DNA from: a virus
Length of the DNA: 64,000 nt
IMG/VR virus record: IMGVR_UViG_3300043436_003324
Reading direction: 5' to 3' (one strand)
The position numbers and the translations under genes are program-made. Positions 36,905-47,603 of the stretch are shown here, in pieces. The notes beneath the pieces are model-generated. The model worked only from the letters and a program-made list of their open reading frames with translations, did no database searches and had not been told where the DNA came from. The first letter of the stretch is position 1; each line of letters begins with the position of its first letter.

Positions 36905-37707
36905 ACCTCTTGTGGTTCATACTTTATCTCTCTTTGTTTGATATAGAAATATTCTTTTTTTGCTGAGTCAATCCAAAATTTAGCTTCATCTTCACTTATT
37001 CTGTTATCACCATTTTTGTAATTCCAAAAAATAGACCCTTCTCTTAAATTTATATGTTTGTAACCAATTTTAGGTATTGACATGACCTTAACGGAATTTT
37101 GTGTCAACCTTAAAAAGAATTCATAACCAAAAGTTAATTTAATATTATTTTTTAACCCTCCATTATTAATAAACTCTTCTTTTTTAATAACCAATCCCGA
37201 AATTTGAAAATTTTGATAGTTGAGTAGTGTTTCATTAGTTAGAACCCCCATGTCTTGTGAGATGTTTGCGGCAAAAGTGGCCTCATTAGTAAACCCAACA
37301 AAAACTCCTTGATCGTTAACGTCAACAACAATAGGTAAAAATGCCCCAACATTTTTATAAATTTCCATATATTTTGATGCGTTTTTAAACCAAACGTTAG
37401 AGTACTCATCATCAAACTCTAATAGAGATACCCAAGTTGAGTTTGCTGAAGACACACCATAGTTAACTTGGTCTGCAAAATTAGGTTCCTTTTCCCAAAC
37501 TAATTTTACAACATTAAGACCTTCAAAATCATATGAGTTAATGTGATCAGTTAAATCTGTTTCATCACAATAAACAATTACTAATTCATTCACAAAATCT
37601 TTTTGATTTTTAACTGAAGTGATACATTTATTAAAATAATCCTCGAAGTTTCTGGCTTTACCTGATTTAATAGGTAGTACTACCGATATTGTATTTTTAT
37701 TTTCCAT
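36901..37707 (-). CDS. Glycosyltransferase family 2
   Basis: ISVVLPIK N-terminus and SLLEFDDEY (DxD-like). Confidence 0.75.
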   Translation of the reverse strand: MENKNTISVVLPIKSGKARNFEDYFNKCITSVKNQKDFVNELVIVYCDETDLTDHINSYDFEGLNVVKLVWEKEPNFADQVNYGVSSANSTWVSLLEFDDEYSNVWFKNASKYMEIYKNVGAFLPIVVDVNDQGVFVGFTNEATFAANISQDMGVLTNETLLNYQNFQISGLVIKKEEFINNGGLKNNIKLTFGYEFFLRLTQNSVKVMSIPKIGYKHINLREGSIFWNYKNGDNRISEDEAKFWIDSAKKEYFYIKQREIKYEPQEV

Positions 37708-37709
37708 AT

Positions 37710-38768
37710 TTATATTGTTTCTAATTTATTTAATTGGGATTCAAAACTTTCCAATCTTGTGTTTATTGCTCCATTAAAGAATTCAAGAACATCTGATTTA
37801 AATTTTTCTTCATTGGATAAATTTTCTGATGTTTTTTCCATGTTTAAATAAAGTTCAGGGTTAATATTGTCTTCTAACCAATTTTGGATAAAGTCGGCAA
37901 TTACGTCAGGTAACATATTTTTATTGTTAATCCAAACACCATTATCTTCTCCCATCCAATTTGGAACTAAGTTAGGTACTAAACCAATAACAGGGATCCC
38001 CATTTTAATTGATTCCAATGGGAAAGTTCCCCAACCACTAACCTCGTCAATCCAGACAGAAACAAAACTATCTTTCATTGCTTCGGCAAATTCTACTTCA
38101 GATAGACCTCTTAAATCTCTAAATGTTAACCATCTATATTGTGGGAATTTGACGTAAAAAGTTTTAATTAAATTTGTTGTGTCTCTATGGTCTCTTGTGT
38201 GAATTGAGATAATTGTCTTAGGTGGAAGTTCCTGTTTTTTAAATGTCTCAGAAATTTTAGGCTCAATTACATCCACAGAAACATTTCTAACAACATTCTT
38301 AATATATTCTTTTTGATTTTCAGATGTTGTTAAACATTTTAAAAACCCTAAAAGAGGCCATGTTTGTCCAGGTTGTAAAGTTTCAAAAATATAGTCATAA
38401 GATTGACAAAGAACAATTTTACCACAAGGTAAGTTTGTAATTTGATCCATAACGAAACCATAAATTTCAGGAATTACAATAAGATCTTCAGGAGAGACAT
38501 CTAAGTTAGTACCTTCAATTGCCTTATGAGGTAACTCAGTCATATACTCTTCACTAAGCCAACTTGATACTCCGAAGTAATCTGGTTTTTCGTGAAGGAT
38601 AATAGGGTTAAATCCTTCTTTTTTTAATTCCATCGCAATTTCGTAGATATATCTAACCGATGCCTTGGCATTTCCTTTAGTGTCTTGTACTAGAAAATAA
38701 ATTCTAGATTTTTTGTCTTTCATGTTTTGAATAGACCTTTCTAACTTTGTTATTTGTTCAGCATTCAT
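37710..38768 (-). CDS. GT-B fold glycosyltransferase (GT4-like)
   Basis: VIPEIYG and SGWGTFPLESIKMGIPVIG motifs. Confidence 0.7.
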   Translation of the reverse strand: MNAEQITKLERSIQNMKDKKSRIYFLVQDTKGNAKASVRYIYEIAMELKKEGFNPIILHEKPDYFGVSSWLSEEYMTELPHKAIEGTNLDVSPEDLIVIPEIYGFVMDQITNLPCGKIVLCQSYDYIFETLQPGQTWPLLGFLKCLTTSENQKEYIKNVVRNVSVDVIEPKISETFKKQELPPKTIISIHTRDHRDTTNLIKTFYVKFPQYRWLTFRDLRGLSEVEFAEAMKDSFVSVWIDEVSGWGTFPLESIKMGIPVIGLVPNLVPNWMGEDNGVWINNKNMLPDVIADFIQNWLEDNINPELYLNMEKTSENLSNEEKFKSDVLEFFNGAINTRLESFESQLNKLETI

Positions 38769-38771
38769 ATT

Positions 38772-39026
38772 TTATAATTTAGTTATTATTTTTTTCATTA
38801 ATAGGGTGTTAAACGCGATTTTAAAAGGTATTGATACCTCATTACTTTTTAATCCTAAATCTTCGTCAACTTCGTTACTTTCCGTGAGAACAGTTTCTAG
38901 CATCGATTTAATAACCTCATATTTTACTAAATGTATTTGAGGTTCTCCGCTAACAATCGCCAAATTGACATAGTCCTCCATTACGTCAAGATCAACATAA
39001 TAGTTTTCATTCAATATTTTAAACAT
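38772..39026 (-). CDS. Small hypothetical protein
   Basis: 84 aa. Confidence 0.65.
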   Translation of the reverse strand: MFKILNENYYVDLDVMEDYVNLAIVSGEPQIHLVKYEVIKSMLETVLTESNEVDEDLGLKSNEVSIPFKIAFNTLLMKKIITKL

Positions 39027-39678
39027 CGTAATTTATTTTTTTTAATTCCTCCTCAAATTCAGATAATGATTTAATCGTAAATTCTGAAGGTATGTGTTTA
39101 TTGTATTGGGTTTCATATTTTATTAAAATTTTATCCTCATACTTATTCAATAATAAGTCAGGGTTTGATGTAAGTAAAATATCAATTTCATTAAACATTT
39201 TATTTTTTGTTATTTCACTATAAAATAATACTTTTTCTATTAAACAACCAAACTTGGACAAAAAGAACAAAGATGATGGTTTTGACCTACCGATTTCATC
39301 TGAAACAATCATTAAGTCGTAAGTATCTCTTAAGTTATAGTAAATATCATTTAATATATTAAATGATAACATTTCACTAGATGGGGCATGACCAAACAAT
39401 TCCATCGTATACTCCTCATACATAAAAGAATATAAATCATCTTTTGATGGAAATGAAAAATGAGAACTTAAATCTAAAGATGTGACATCATTTAATATTT
39501 CATATTTAAATTGACTTTCCGCTAATTCTAATTCAGTGTTGCCGGAAAGATCCATCAAATACGTCTGATTAGTTTGGTCAACCTCACTTTTATCAATCAT
39601 ATGTTTTTCATAAAGTTGTGTAAATTTACCGATGGTGTCTCTAAGAACACCATTAATTTCAATCCCTATTCTCTTCAT
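39019..39678 (-). CDS. HAD/5'(3')-nucleotidase-like protein with altered motif I
   Basis: RIGIEINGVLRD where DxDGV is expected. Confidence 0.6.
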   Translation of the reverse strand: MKRIGIEINGVLRDTIGKFTQLYEKHMIDKSEVDQTNQTYLMDLSGNTELELAESQFKYEILNDVTSLDLSSHFSFPSKDDLYSFMYEEYTMELFGHAPSSEMLSFNILNDIYYNLRDTYDLMIVSDEIGRSKPSSLFFLSKFGCLIEKVLFYSEITKNKMFNEIDILLTSNPDLLLNKYEDKILIKYETQYNKHIPSEFTIKSLSEFEEELKKINYDV

Positions 39679-40396
39679 ACTTATCTAAAATTTGAGTAAT
39701 TAATGGGTTTCTAACATTTTTGGCGTCTTTAAAATCATAAAGACCAATTTTATTAACATTTTTAAATCTTTTCAATGCGTCATATAATCCTGATTGAGTC
39801 TTGTCTTTATATCGGTCAGTTTGTTCAAGATCCCCTGATATGAAGAATTTACTATTATAACCAATTCTTGTTACCAATAGTTTCATCTGATTAGGGGTTG
39901 AGTTCTGAGCTTCTTCAAAAATAAGAATTGAGTTATCGATATTCATACCTCTCATATATGCCAAAGCAAATACCTCAATGATATCGGCTTTTTTTAATTC
40001 TTCCCTTGCCTCTTTACCAATGATTTTATTTAAAAGGTAATACGAGGGAAAAATGTAAGGGTCTAATTTTTCTTCTAAGTTTCCAGGTAAAGATCCTAAT
40101 TTTTCTTCGGCTTCAACCGCAGGTCTAACAATAATTATTTTCTCGTAAGAGTTGTTCGGATCAATTAACAAATCAACCGCCGCCTTCATTGAAATGAAAC
40201 TTTTACCGACTCCTGCAGGTCCTGAACAAATTGTGATTTCTTTTTCTTTCAGAAGGTTATAATATTCTTCTTGATGGTCAGATAAAAATTTATTTTTTTG
40301 TTTCTTTTTTATTATTGTATTAATAAAATCTTTTTTGGAAATTGGTTGTGATGTTGGGGTTTCTTCTTTTTGTGGTACTATTTTTTTTCTTGTCAT
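39659..40396 (-). CDS. phoH: PhoH-like ATPase
   Basis: GPAGVGKS, RPAVEA, LGSLPG, YMRG, EEAQN, GDLEQTD, VRNPL. Confidence 0.92.
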   Translation of the reverse strand: MTRKKIVPQKEETPTSQPISKKDFINTIIKKKQKNKFLSDHQEEYYNLLKEKEITICSGPAGVGKSFISMKAAVDLLIDPNNSYEKIIIVRPAVEAEEKLGSLPGNLEEKLDPYIFPSYYLLNKIIGKEAREELKKADIIEVFALAYMRGMNIDNSILIFEEAQNSTPNQMKLLVTRIGYNSKFFISGDLEQTDRYKDKTQSGLYDALKRFKNVNKIGLYDFKDAKNVRNPLITQILDKYEENRD

Positions 40397-40446
40397 TTTA
40401 AATTATTATTTGTTTATTATGTTAACTGATTATTCTACATAGAGTT

Positions 40447-41157
40447 TTATTTACCTCTCAGTTCATAACCTTCTTCATCGTGTCGACAAGTTAAGTCATT
40501 AATATATTTACTTTTTAATTTATTATTAACAATAAATTTAGAGACCCTACTCCAGTATTCCGCATCTCCAGGAGACCCAACTGTACCTGTTTCTTTAAAC
40601 AAATCAATATATCTTAATGGAATAGTTTTAATATTCATACAAACTGAAGAATGTATTACCCCGCAAGGAACGGGTAAAAAATCAATATACTTATCGTTAG
40701 ATGTTATTCTTGGTAAATATCCATTCTTATGGGTTGATTTGGTGATAATAAAATCTGTTTTATCATTATTAACTAATTTGGCTATCTCTTCTAAGTGGTT
40801 TGGATACCAAAAATCGTCGTGATTTAAAAAACAAACGTAATCTATATTTTCTTTTACACAAAGATCCATAGCGTAATTTGTGGCAAAAGTTCCGGCATAT
40901 GACCATAGAGCTTGTTTGTTATCGCCATATACATCCCTTTCGTGTGCGAATTCTAAATTCTCACAATAATTGTCGGTTAAACCTATTAATTTTTTATATT
41001 GGTTAAACTCAATTTCGTCTTCATATCTATCCCCTATTAAAAATATTTTATAATTTTTATATGTTTGGTTTAATACGGAATTTAGAGTATTTGTTAAATA
41101 CTCAATAGTCTTACCGTCTTTTCTTTTATATGTACAAATTATTACCCCTATTTTCAT
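40447..41157 (-). CDS. Glycosyltransferase family 2
   Basis: IGVIICTY, FLNHDDFWYPNHL. Confidence 0.8.
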   Translation of the reverse strand: MKIGVIICTYKRKDGKTIEYLTNTLNSVLNQTYKNYKIFLIGDRYEDEIEFNQYKKLIGLTDNYCENLEFAHERDVYGDNKQALWSYAGTFATNYAMDLCVKENIDYVCFLNHDDFWYPNHLEEIAKLVNNDKTDFIITKSTHKNGYLPRITSNDKYIDFLPVPCGVIHSSVCMNIKTIPLRYIDLFKETGTVGSPGDAEYWSRVSKFIVNNKLKSKYINDLTCRHDEEGYELRGK

Positions 41158-42323
41158 TTTTTTCCTTTTTTACAAACAAACATTATACTAGAACATAGAT
41201 CAGGATATTGTTGGCCTAATTTAAAACAACCATCCAAATATTCTTTAGAAATAATGTCAGTACTTAATAATCTGTCCCATTGAAAGTTGGCTAAAGCCTT
41301 AAAAAAAATTCCACTCCTATGTAAGATTTCTAAACCTGATTCTGTTATATCTCGTTCTAAAGTATCTAACGTATAGGTTATATTGTGTCCGTGTTTTTTT
41401 TCTGATTCGGTAATCGCATTATTGTTTGATATAAGACCCATTTTAACCGCAATTTGTCTGGACGGAGCATTTGCATTTGGACAAACAACAAATAAGACAC
41501 CGTCATCTGTTAACCAGTTATCGTTTATTTTTTTTAATAACCTTACAGGGTTATCTATATGTTCTAAAACATGAGTTAAAATAACGTTATCAAACTTTTC
41601 TGACATATTTAAATCCTCAAAAGTCGATAAGATAATGTTTACATCATTATTAAATTTTTTATTTGCAATCTTAACCGCATCTTCAGATCCCTCAATACAA
41701 GTTATTTTTTTAAAAAAAGGAATAATTTTTTCTGTAAAATCTCCTTTATAACTACCTAATTCTAAAACATTATCTCCTTTAAAAAAAGGGATAAAAGATT
41801 TAACCATGTAGTTGTGCATCACATCAAAATCAAAGTTGTAAGAGTATTTGTGATCTTTAGTGTCTAAAGATTCTTCATTATAATTTCTTGTTGTATCTAA
41901 TTTCATAATTAACTTATTTTCAGTTTGATCATTTATTTTAAATTTATTTCTTTTATAAAATTTAATAGCATTTAGGTTATTTTTAAATACTTCTAAGGTT
42001 ATTTCACAATAATTTTGAGATATTACATATTCTTTACAATTATATAATAGTTCTTTGGCAATACCATTTTTTTGATAATTGTACTCAACGCTTACATTAG
42101 TAATAAAGGATGTTTTATTTTTTGGGTTGGTGTATAGAACTAACAACCCAATTAAGTTGGAGTTATGGTAACATTCAAATCTTACTCCCTTATTATGTAA
42201 TTTTTTAGAATACATTTCTATGTCAACATAATCACCTAAACTTGGGGTAAATAGATTTGAGCATTTTTTTAAATGGTCTGTAATGTTCTCTAAACTAGAA
42301 TTATTTACTTTATACTCAAACAT
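41154..42323 (-). CDS. GNAT acetyltransferase fused to a class I SAM methyltransferase
   Basis: N-terminal NVSVEYNYQKNGIAKELL (GNAT motif A); C-terminal VLELGSYKG, HVLEHID, VVCPNA. Confidence 0.8.
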   Translation of the reverse strand: MFEYKVNNSSLENITDHLKKCSNLFTPSLGDYVDIEMYSKKLHNKGVRFECYHNSNLIGLLVLYTNPKNKTSFITNVSVEYNYQKNGIAKELLYNCKEYVISQNYCEITLEVFKNNLNAIKFYKRNKFKINDQTENKLIMKLDTTRNYNEESLDTKDHKYSYNFDFDVMHNYMVKSFIPFFKGDNVLELGSYKGDFTEKIIPFFKKITCIEGSEDAVKIANKKFNNDVNIILSTFEDLNMSEKFDNVILTHVLEHIDNPVRLLKKINDNWLTDDGVLFVVCPNANAPSRQIAVKMGLISNNNAITESEKKHGHNITYTLDTLERDITESGLEILHRSGIFFKALANFQWDRLLSTDIISKEYLDGCFKLGQQYPDLCSSIMFVCKKGKK

Positions 42324-43284
42324 TTTTTTCTAAGATTGCTAAACCAAAACCATATTTACCAAAATCATTGCCGTTATAAGTCATATATGTTTCATTATTT
42401 ATTTTAAAAACGTGAGGGTAGTGTTGCATTGTACTGTCCCACCCGCCTTCTGAATAGGATATTCCTGACTCACTGTCTTTACGATTCCAATTGAATAAAT
42501 CTTTTGACGTTGCGTAACCTATTTTATATCCTCTCCCTAAAGTCTCTCTAAAATCTGTCCCCTCTCTGTACACAAAATACATATGATATTCTCCGTTATA
42601 TTCAAAAACATCGGGACCTGCTTGGCATTCATTTTCACCTAAAACATCGTTTATAATATTTTTATTATATCTTTCCCATTTTATTCCATCTTTAGATGTT
42701 GCCATTCTATTTTTATAAATTATTTCTGGTCTACCGTTTACGTTTATCCATTTTGTTCCTGATAAATAAAACATAAACCATTCATTATTAAATTTTCTAA
42801 TTTTTGGTCCACTAATAACAAAAGGTTCGTCTAAATCTGCAGAAATGATTGGTCCTTTACCTAATCTTTTAAATGTTTCTCCATTATCATAACTAATCGC
42901 AACCCCAATTGAGGTGTTAAATGGTACTGATTGTCCTCTTGTCCATCCCGCATAATAGAAAAGAATTTTGTCTCCATCAACAATATTAGAAGATGGATAA
43001 ACCGCAAATTCATCAAATGTTCCTAATTCCCCTAGATCCATTATTGGTTTATCTGAAACTCTTATTATTTTAGTTAGATCTTCTTTATCAACGTCTAAAA
43101 ATGTGGTGTATGATTTTGCAAATCCATTTATATCGTTTTCAGGTCTACAAGAAAAATATATCCTTACAACCTCATCCAATACTAAAGTATGAGTACATTG
43201 GGAGTGGGTCTTCATCCAAGACCGATCAATCCCATCATTCCATTTTGTTGGATCAAATATATGTCCTAGTTTTTTCCATTTCAT
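42316..43284 (-). CDS. Five-bladed beta-propeller glycoside hydrolase-like protein
   Basis: WKKLGHIF, FDEFAVYP, IFYYAGW, GPKI, YKIGYATS, YPHV. Confidence 0.65.
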   Translation of the reverse strand: MKWKKLGHIFDPTKWNDGIDRSWMKTHSQCTHTLVLDEVVRIYFSCRPENDINGFAKSYTTFLDVDKEDLTKIIRVSDKPIMDLGELGTFDEFAVYPSSNIVDGDKILFYYAGWTRGQSVPFNTSIGVAISYDNGETFKRLGKGPIISADLDEPFVISGPKIRKFNNEWFMFYLSGTKWINVNGRPEIIYKNRMATSKDGIKWERYNKNIINDVLGENECQAGPDVFEYNGEYHMYFVYREGTDFRETLGRGYKIGYATSKDLFNWNRKDSESGISYSEGGWDSTMQHYPHVFKINNETYMTYNGNDFGKYGFGLAILEKNV

Positions 43285-43982
43285 ATTAAAGTATAATTAT
43301 TTAAATATTCTTTTATTTGGTCTCTTGAATTAAACATCATTACATCAATTATTGACAACCAAGGAACAAATTCATTATTAAATTGTGTATATTGGATTGG
43401 GTTTGATTTGATGAAATTGAGTTCAATATTATTTTGTTTAAAGGTTTCTTTGTTATATAATTCTACCCCACCTATAGAGTTTATATAAATATCCGCATTT
43501 TGTTCTTTACATAAGGATAAGACTTTATCTTGAGATTTCAAAGTATGGTCTGTATCTATTGTAGAAGAGATTATAATAGGTGTTTTAATTTCTAAATGAT
43601 CATTCATTAAAACGATACTATCGTATATAAATTTAAATAAATTAACCTCAGAATTATTTAAACATTTTGAAATTAACTCAAATGTTTCTTGAAAATAAGG
43701 GGATTTACCATATGAAGACTTAATAATATTTAACATCTTACTTTTATCTTTCTCCCATGACTTAGATAATTCTCGTTTTACTACATCTAAATAATCTGAG
43801 TCTTTTTTAATGGGTAAGGTAATAAGATGGTCTTTTCCATTTGATAAGATGCGGTTTCTATTTATCCACCCCTTTTTTGTGTATTGAATGTTATCATAAA
43901 TTATAAACTCATCAACAGAATTTATTAATTGGAAGTACCCGATGTAAGGTAAAAAGTATGGTTGCATTATTGCAAGTTTCAT
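43281..43982 (-). CDS. wbqC: WbqC-like protein
   Basis: IMQPYFLPYIGYFQLI, YTKKGWINRNRI, YINSIGG, LSIIDVMMFN. Confidence 0.88.
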   Translation of the reverse strand: MKLAIMQPYFLPYIGYFQLINSVDEFIIYDNIQYTKKGWINRNRILSNGKDHLITLPIKKDSDYLDVVKRELSKSWEKDKSKMLNIIKSSYGKSPYFQETFELISKCLNNSEVNLFKFIYDSIVLMNDHLEIKTPIIISSTIDTDHTLKSQDKVLSLCKEQNADIYINSIGGVELYNKETFKQNNIELNFIKSNPIQYTQFNNEFVPWLSIIDVMMFNSRDQIKEYLNNYTLI

Positions 43983-43984
43983 TT

Positions 43985-44824
43985 CTATAAATTATGTTTT
44001 ATAATTATTTTTTTTATATCTTCAGGGATTTCAATTAAATTAGGCATAAACCATTCATATAATCTGTTTTTTACTGAGATCTCATCTTCTAATATAAGAT
44101 ATTCCTTACAATACGAATATAATTCAATAGTCTTTTTGTAGTTTTCTAACATTGTAGTTATATCCATTTCTCTTAAGTGAACGGTATACAATTCAAATGG
44201 ATAATTTTTATCCTTTAAACCCTCAGTATATTCTGTGTATTCTTTAGCGTGTCTTCCTATAGTTCTTGGTAAGTAATTATTTTTATATATTGTCAATTTA
44301 CAATACCATGACGTTTCTTTTGTTTGGACGATGTCACACCAAACACCAAAATTTCTTTGTTCTAAAAATAATTTATTATTTGTAAACTCAGATTCAGGAA
44401 TCTCTAAATTTTGAACTATTTCAAATCCCTGAGAAAAACAATAGTCCTCTTTTTTATCTAAAAACCAATCTAAATTATCGCAAAGTAATAATTCATCAGG
44501 ATCGGTATAAATTATATTTTTATATCCTAAATTATAAAATTTTCTAAATATATCAGAAAAAAACATAACATTATTAATTTCATTTATATTTCCATAGTTA
44601 GAGACATCAACCACATTAATATTTGATTCTGGATAATTCAACTTAAACTCATCAATATAGCTTATCAAGTTAAGATTTTTATCAAATTTGTCAATTAAAA
44701 TAATTACGTCAATATTATAATTAATTGCATTTTTTAACCATAAAGGAAAAAAAATATTAAATCTATCAAATCTTGACGATATACAAGAGTTTGATTTTTT
44801 TATAAAATTAAAATCATAAATCAT
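43985..44824 (-). CDS. Glycosyltransferase-like protein (GT-A)
   Basis: IIYTDPDELL (DxD) and position in the cluster. Confidence 0.55.
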   Translation of the reverse strand: MIYDFNFIKKSNSCISSRFDRFNIFFPLWLKNAINYNIDVIILIDKFDKNLNLISYIDEFKLNYPESNINVVDVSNYGNINEINNVMFFSDIFRKFYNLGYKNIIYTDPDELLLCDNLDWFLDKKEDYCFSQGFEIVQNLEIPESEFTNNKLFLEQRNFGVWCDIVQTKETSWYCKLTIYKNNYLPRTIGRHAKEYTEYTEGLKDKNYPFELYTVHLREMDITTMLENYKKTIELYSYCKEYLILEDEISVKNRLYEWFMPNLIEIPEDIKKIIIKHNL

Positions 44825-45462
44825 TTTTTATATATTTCAAATTTAGATAAATCAGGGTATGGCATTTCTAAATCTTCATTATGTTTAGGAGTTTCCCCAT
44901 GATAAAATTGATTCATAAGTAACAAACCTCTTGCTGCCAATTCTGGCATCATATAAAAATTCCACCCCAACATATCAAAATGGTCATTATGATATGAACA
45001 TTCTCTTCTTCCAGAATATCTTGCTCTTTTAAACCAAAGATATGCATCATGATCATCGGTTAAAATGGCCCCTCCTTTTGATAATTTAAAATGTTTATAA
45101 GGTCCAGTAAAAGAAATGCACATATGCGTATTATGTTTATACATATTATGAGTAAAACTTAATGCCGAATCCCAAACATTACTACCAACTAAATTATAGG
45201 ACCCTTTTATTGTCTTACCCTCAACAGGTAAAAAATTTACTTTTAAACCTGCATGTATAATTTCACATGGTACGGATGGGTATGTCCTTGAAGGTATTGA
45301 TATTGTTTCTTCTGTTATACTTTTTTTTACATTTTTTTCATAAAAAAGAGATAAGAATAACGCATTACTTTGGTTATCAACAGTGACCACATACGGGGCT
45401 CCCGTATAGTCAGATAAAGATTTTTCAAAATCTTCGGTTATTTTATAAACACCATTTGCCAT
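44821..45462 (-). CDS. DegT/DnrJ/EryC1/StrS aminotransferase, short form
   Basis: FEKSLSDYTG, WDSA, SFTGPYKH (PLP Lys), GGAILTDD, GWNFYM. Only 213 aa. Confidence 0.8.
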   Translation of the reverse strand: MANGVYKITEDFEKSLSDYTGAPYVVTVDNQSNALFLSLFYEKNVKKSITEETISIPSRTYPSVPCEIIHAGLKVNFLPVEGKTIKGSYNLVGSNVWDSALSFTHNMYKHNTHMCISFTGPYKHFKLSKGGAILTDDHDAYLWFKRARYSGRRECSYHNDHFDMLGWNFYMMPELAARGLLLMNQFYHGETPKHNEDLEMPYPDLSKFEIYKK

Positions 45463-45464
45463 TT

Positions 45465-46982
45465 TTAAACTATTATAATTTTGTCTTTTATTTTTTCAAT
45501 TACATTTTCATTAATCATAGGAATAAAATTATGATTGTAATCATAAATAAAGTCTTCATCTTTTTTTGGGTCTTCGTTTCTTGTTTTAGATTCATAGTGG
45601 TAAGCAACACAATCCCCACAAATATAATTTTTATGATTACCACATAATAATTTAATATTTAATTCCACATCTTCTAAACAAGAAATGTAATTTTCATTAA
45701 ACATACCTTGTTTAATAAATGTGGTTTTTCTTACCAATAACAAACCTCCAGTACTTCCAATCACCTCTTTTAAATTATTATGATAGTTATAATAGTTTTT
45801 AAAATTAATATGTCCTAATCCAAAATTTGGGTTATTCTTTCTATTTAATGTAATAAAAATTCCGTCATGTTGTATGGTATTATCCTCAAAATGTAATCTA
45901 CAACCAACGCTACCCGTATTTTTGTGTTCATTAAAAACGTTTAACATTCCGGATATTACATCATTTAAAATTTTAATATCGTTATTACAGAATAGTAAAA
46001 ATTCATAATCATCACTAATTTGGTTTTTAACTACATCATTATTTATTTTTGCAAAATTATAATAATCGTAAGTGATTAATTTTACATTACCAATCGGTAG
46101 TATTTTATTTTTTATAATTTCTAGTTCATCATTATTTGACCCTGTGTCCGCAATAAAGACATCAAAAATATTTGAGTCGCAATTATCATAAAATGATTTT
46201 ACACATTCGTGTAACATACTAACATTTCCTTTTGTTGGTATTATAACTGCAATTTTTTTAAACTTTTTAAATTGTTTACGTTTTATTTGTGGAGCATAGA
46301 CTGACTCAGGTTTTAAATCTAAAGGTAATTTATCTCCCCACTTAGCAACAAATTTATTTTTACTCTCCCAAAATTCTTGGTTTGGTTGACCTACAGATTG
46401 GTGGGTAATTTCAAATGAGGTAGTAACCCCAATTTTAACATCATCAAGATAATTTGGAATACAAAATCCGTGATCGTAAAAATGGAACTTACCAATTGTT
46501 TCATCAAAGGTATGTTTAATTTTTGTTTTGTCAAAAGAAATAAATAAACCATCAATTGTTACAACAGGGATTATAAAAGGTAATTTAGGTGAATATCTAC
46601 TTAACCATTTTTTTTGTCCGTCAGGGTGGTGATAAACTTGACCCACCATAGTCTGACTTAATTTTTCCCAATATACTCCCGACTCAGGAAAGTAACAAGA
46701 TCCTGCCTTTCCTATAATTCCAAATTCAGGATTAGATACGAAATCATTAATTAATTTTTTACCCCAATTTTTTTCTAATTTAATGTCGTTGTGACAACAA
46801 ACTATAATATTGTGTTTAGATTCTTTAATACCTTTATTATAAAGTTCGGATAATGAATACTGGTTGTGGTTTATGTACTCCAATATTTGGATGTTATCAA
46901 TACCTGATGTTTGTAATAAATGTTGTTTAAATTTAGAATTATATTCTAAGTCTTTATGTGTTGAGTATAATATTGTTATCAT
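45465..46982 (-). CDS. Two-domain glycosyltransferase (GT2-like x2)
   Basis: CCHNDI...TIDGLF...FHFYD in the first domain; VIIPTK, FCNNDI, LEDVELN in the second. Confidence 0.8.
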   Translation of the reverse strand: MITILYSTHKDLEYNSKFKQHLLQTSGIDNIQILEYINHNQYSLSELYNKGIKESKHNIIVCCHNDIKLEKNWGKKLINDFVSNPEFGIIGKAGSCYFPESGVYWEKLSQTMVGQVYHHPDGQKKWLSRYSPKLPFIIPVVTIDGLFISFDKTKIKHTFDETIGKFHFYDHGFCIPNYLDDVKIGVTTSFEITHQSVGQPNQEFWESKNKFVAKWGDKLPLDLKPESVYAPQIKRKQFKKFKKIAVIIPTKGNVSMLHECVKSFYDNCDSNIFDVFIADTGSNNDELEIIKNKILPIGNVKLITYDYYNFAKINNDVVKNQISDDYEFLLFCNNDIKILNDVISGMLNVFNEHKNTGSVGCRLHFEDNTIQHDGIFITLNRKNNPNFGLGHINFKNYYNYHNNLKEVIGSTGGLLLVRKTTFIKQGMFNENYISCLEDVELNIKLLCGNHKNYICGDCVAYHYESKTRNEDPKKDEDFIYDYNHNFIPMINENVIEKIKDKIIIV

Positions 46983-47000
46983 AGTTTTCTAAATTCATTT

Positions 47001-47603
47001 TTATATACCAGTACTCCCAAACCCGTTGTCGGATCTATCTTTATTTTCAACCTCAGAAACTTTAACAATGTCAATCCATTTACCACAAACAACAGGACAT
47101 AAAACCGCTTGAGCTATTTTCATTCCTTTTGTTACTATAAAGTCTTCTTTATTTGTGTTAAATAATATTACTTTTATTTCTCCTGTATATCCTTGATCAA
47201 CAGTTCCTGGCGAATTTAAAACAAATAACCCTTGGTTTAATGCCAATCCACTTTTAGATCTAATTTGTATTTCATGATTTTCGGGAACATCAATTACAAT
47301 TCCTGTTGGGATTAGTTGTCTACCCATAGATGGTATTACAAATTCATCTACAGAATATAAATCCACACCAGAATCTGTGTCATATGCAAATTTAGGTAAA
47401 ACTGCGTCCTCATGAGTTAATTTAATTTTCATTTGAACTTTAGGGACATCTTCGGTAAAAACCCTTTCCAACTCATTAAGATCAATGCCATACTCATTCA
47501 TTAGAGCTTCTAACTCTAAGTCATCATTTACTTCATTCTCACTAAATAAACTTTCAAGATCTTTAGTTTGTGATAATATTTTATTTAATTGATTTTTATC
47601 CAT
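47001..47603 (-). CDS. dut: dUTPase with acidic N-terminal extension
   Basis: DSGVDL, RSKSGLA, PGTVDQGYTGEI, IAQAV, RSDNGFGSTG. Confidence 0.93.
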   Translation of the reverse strand: MDKNQLNKILSQTKDLESLFSENEVNDDLELEALMNEYGIDLNELERVFTEDVPKVQMKIKLTHEDAVLPKFAYDTDSGVDLYSVDEFVIPSMGRQLIPTGIVIDVPENHEIQIRSKSGLALNQGLFVLNSPGTVDQGYTGEIKVILFNTNKEDFIVTKGMKIAQAVLCPVVCGKWIDIVKVSEVENKDRSDNGFGSTGI

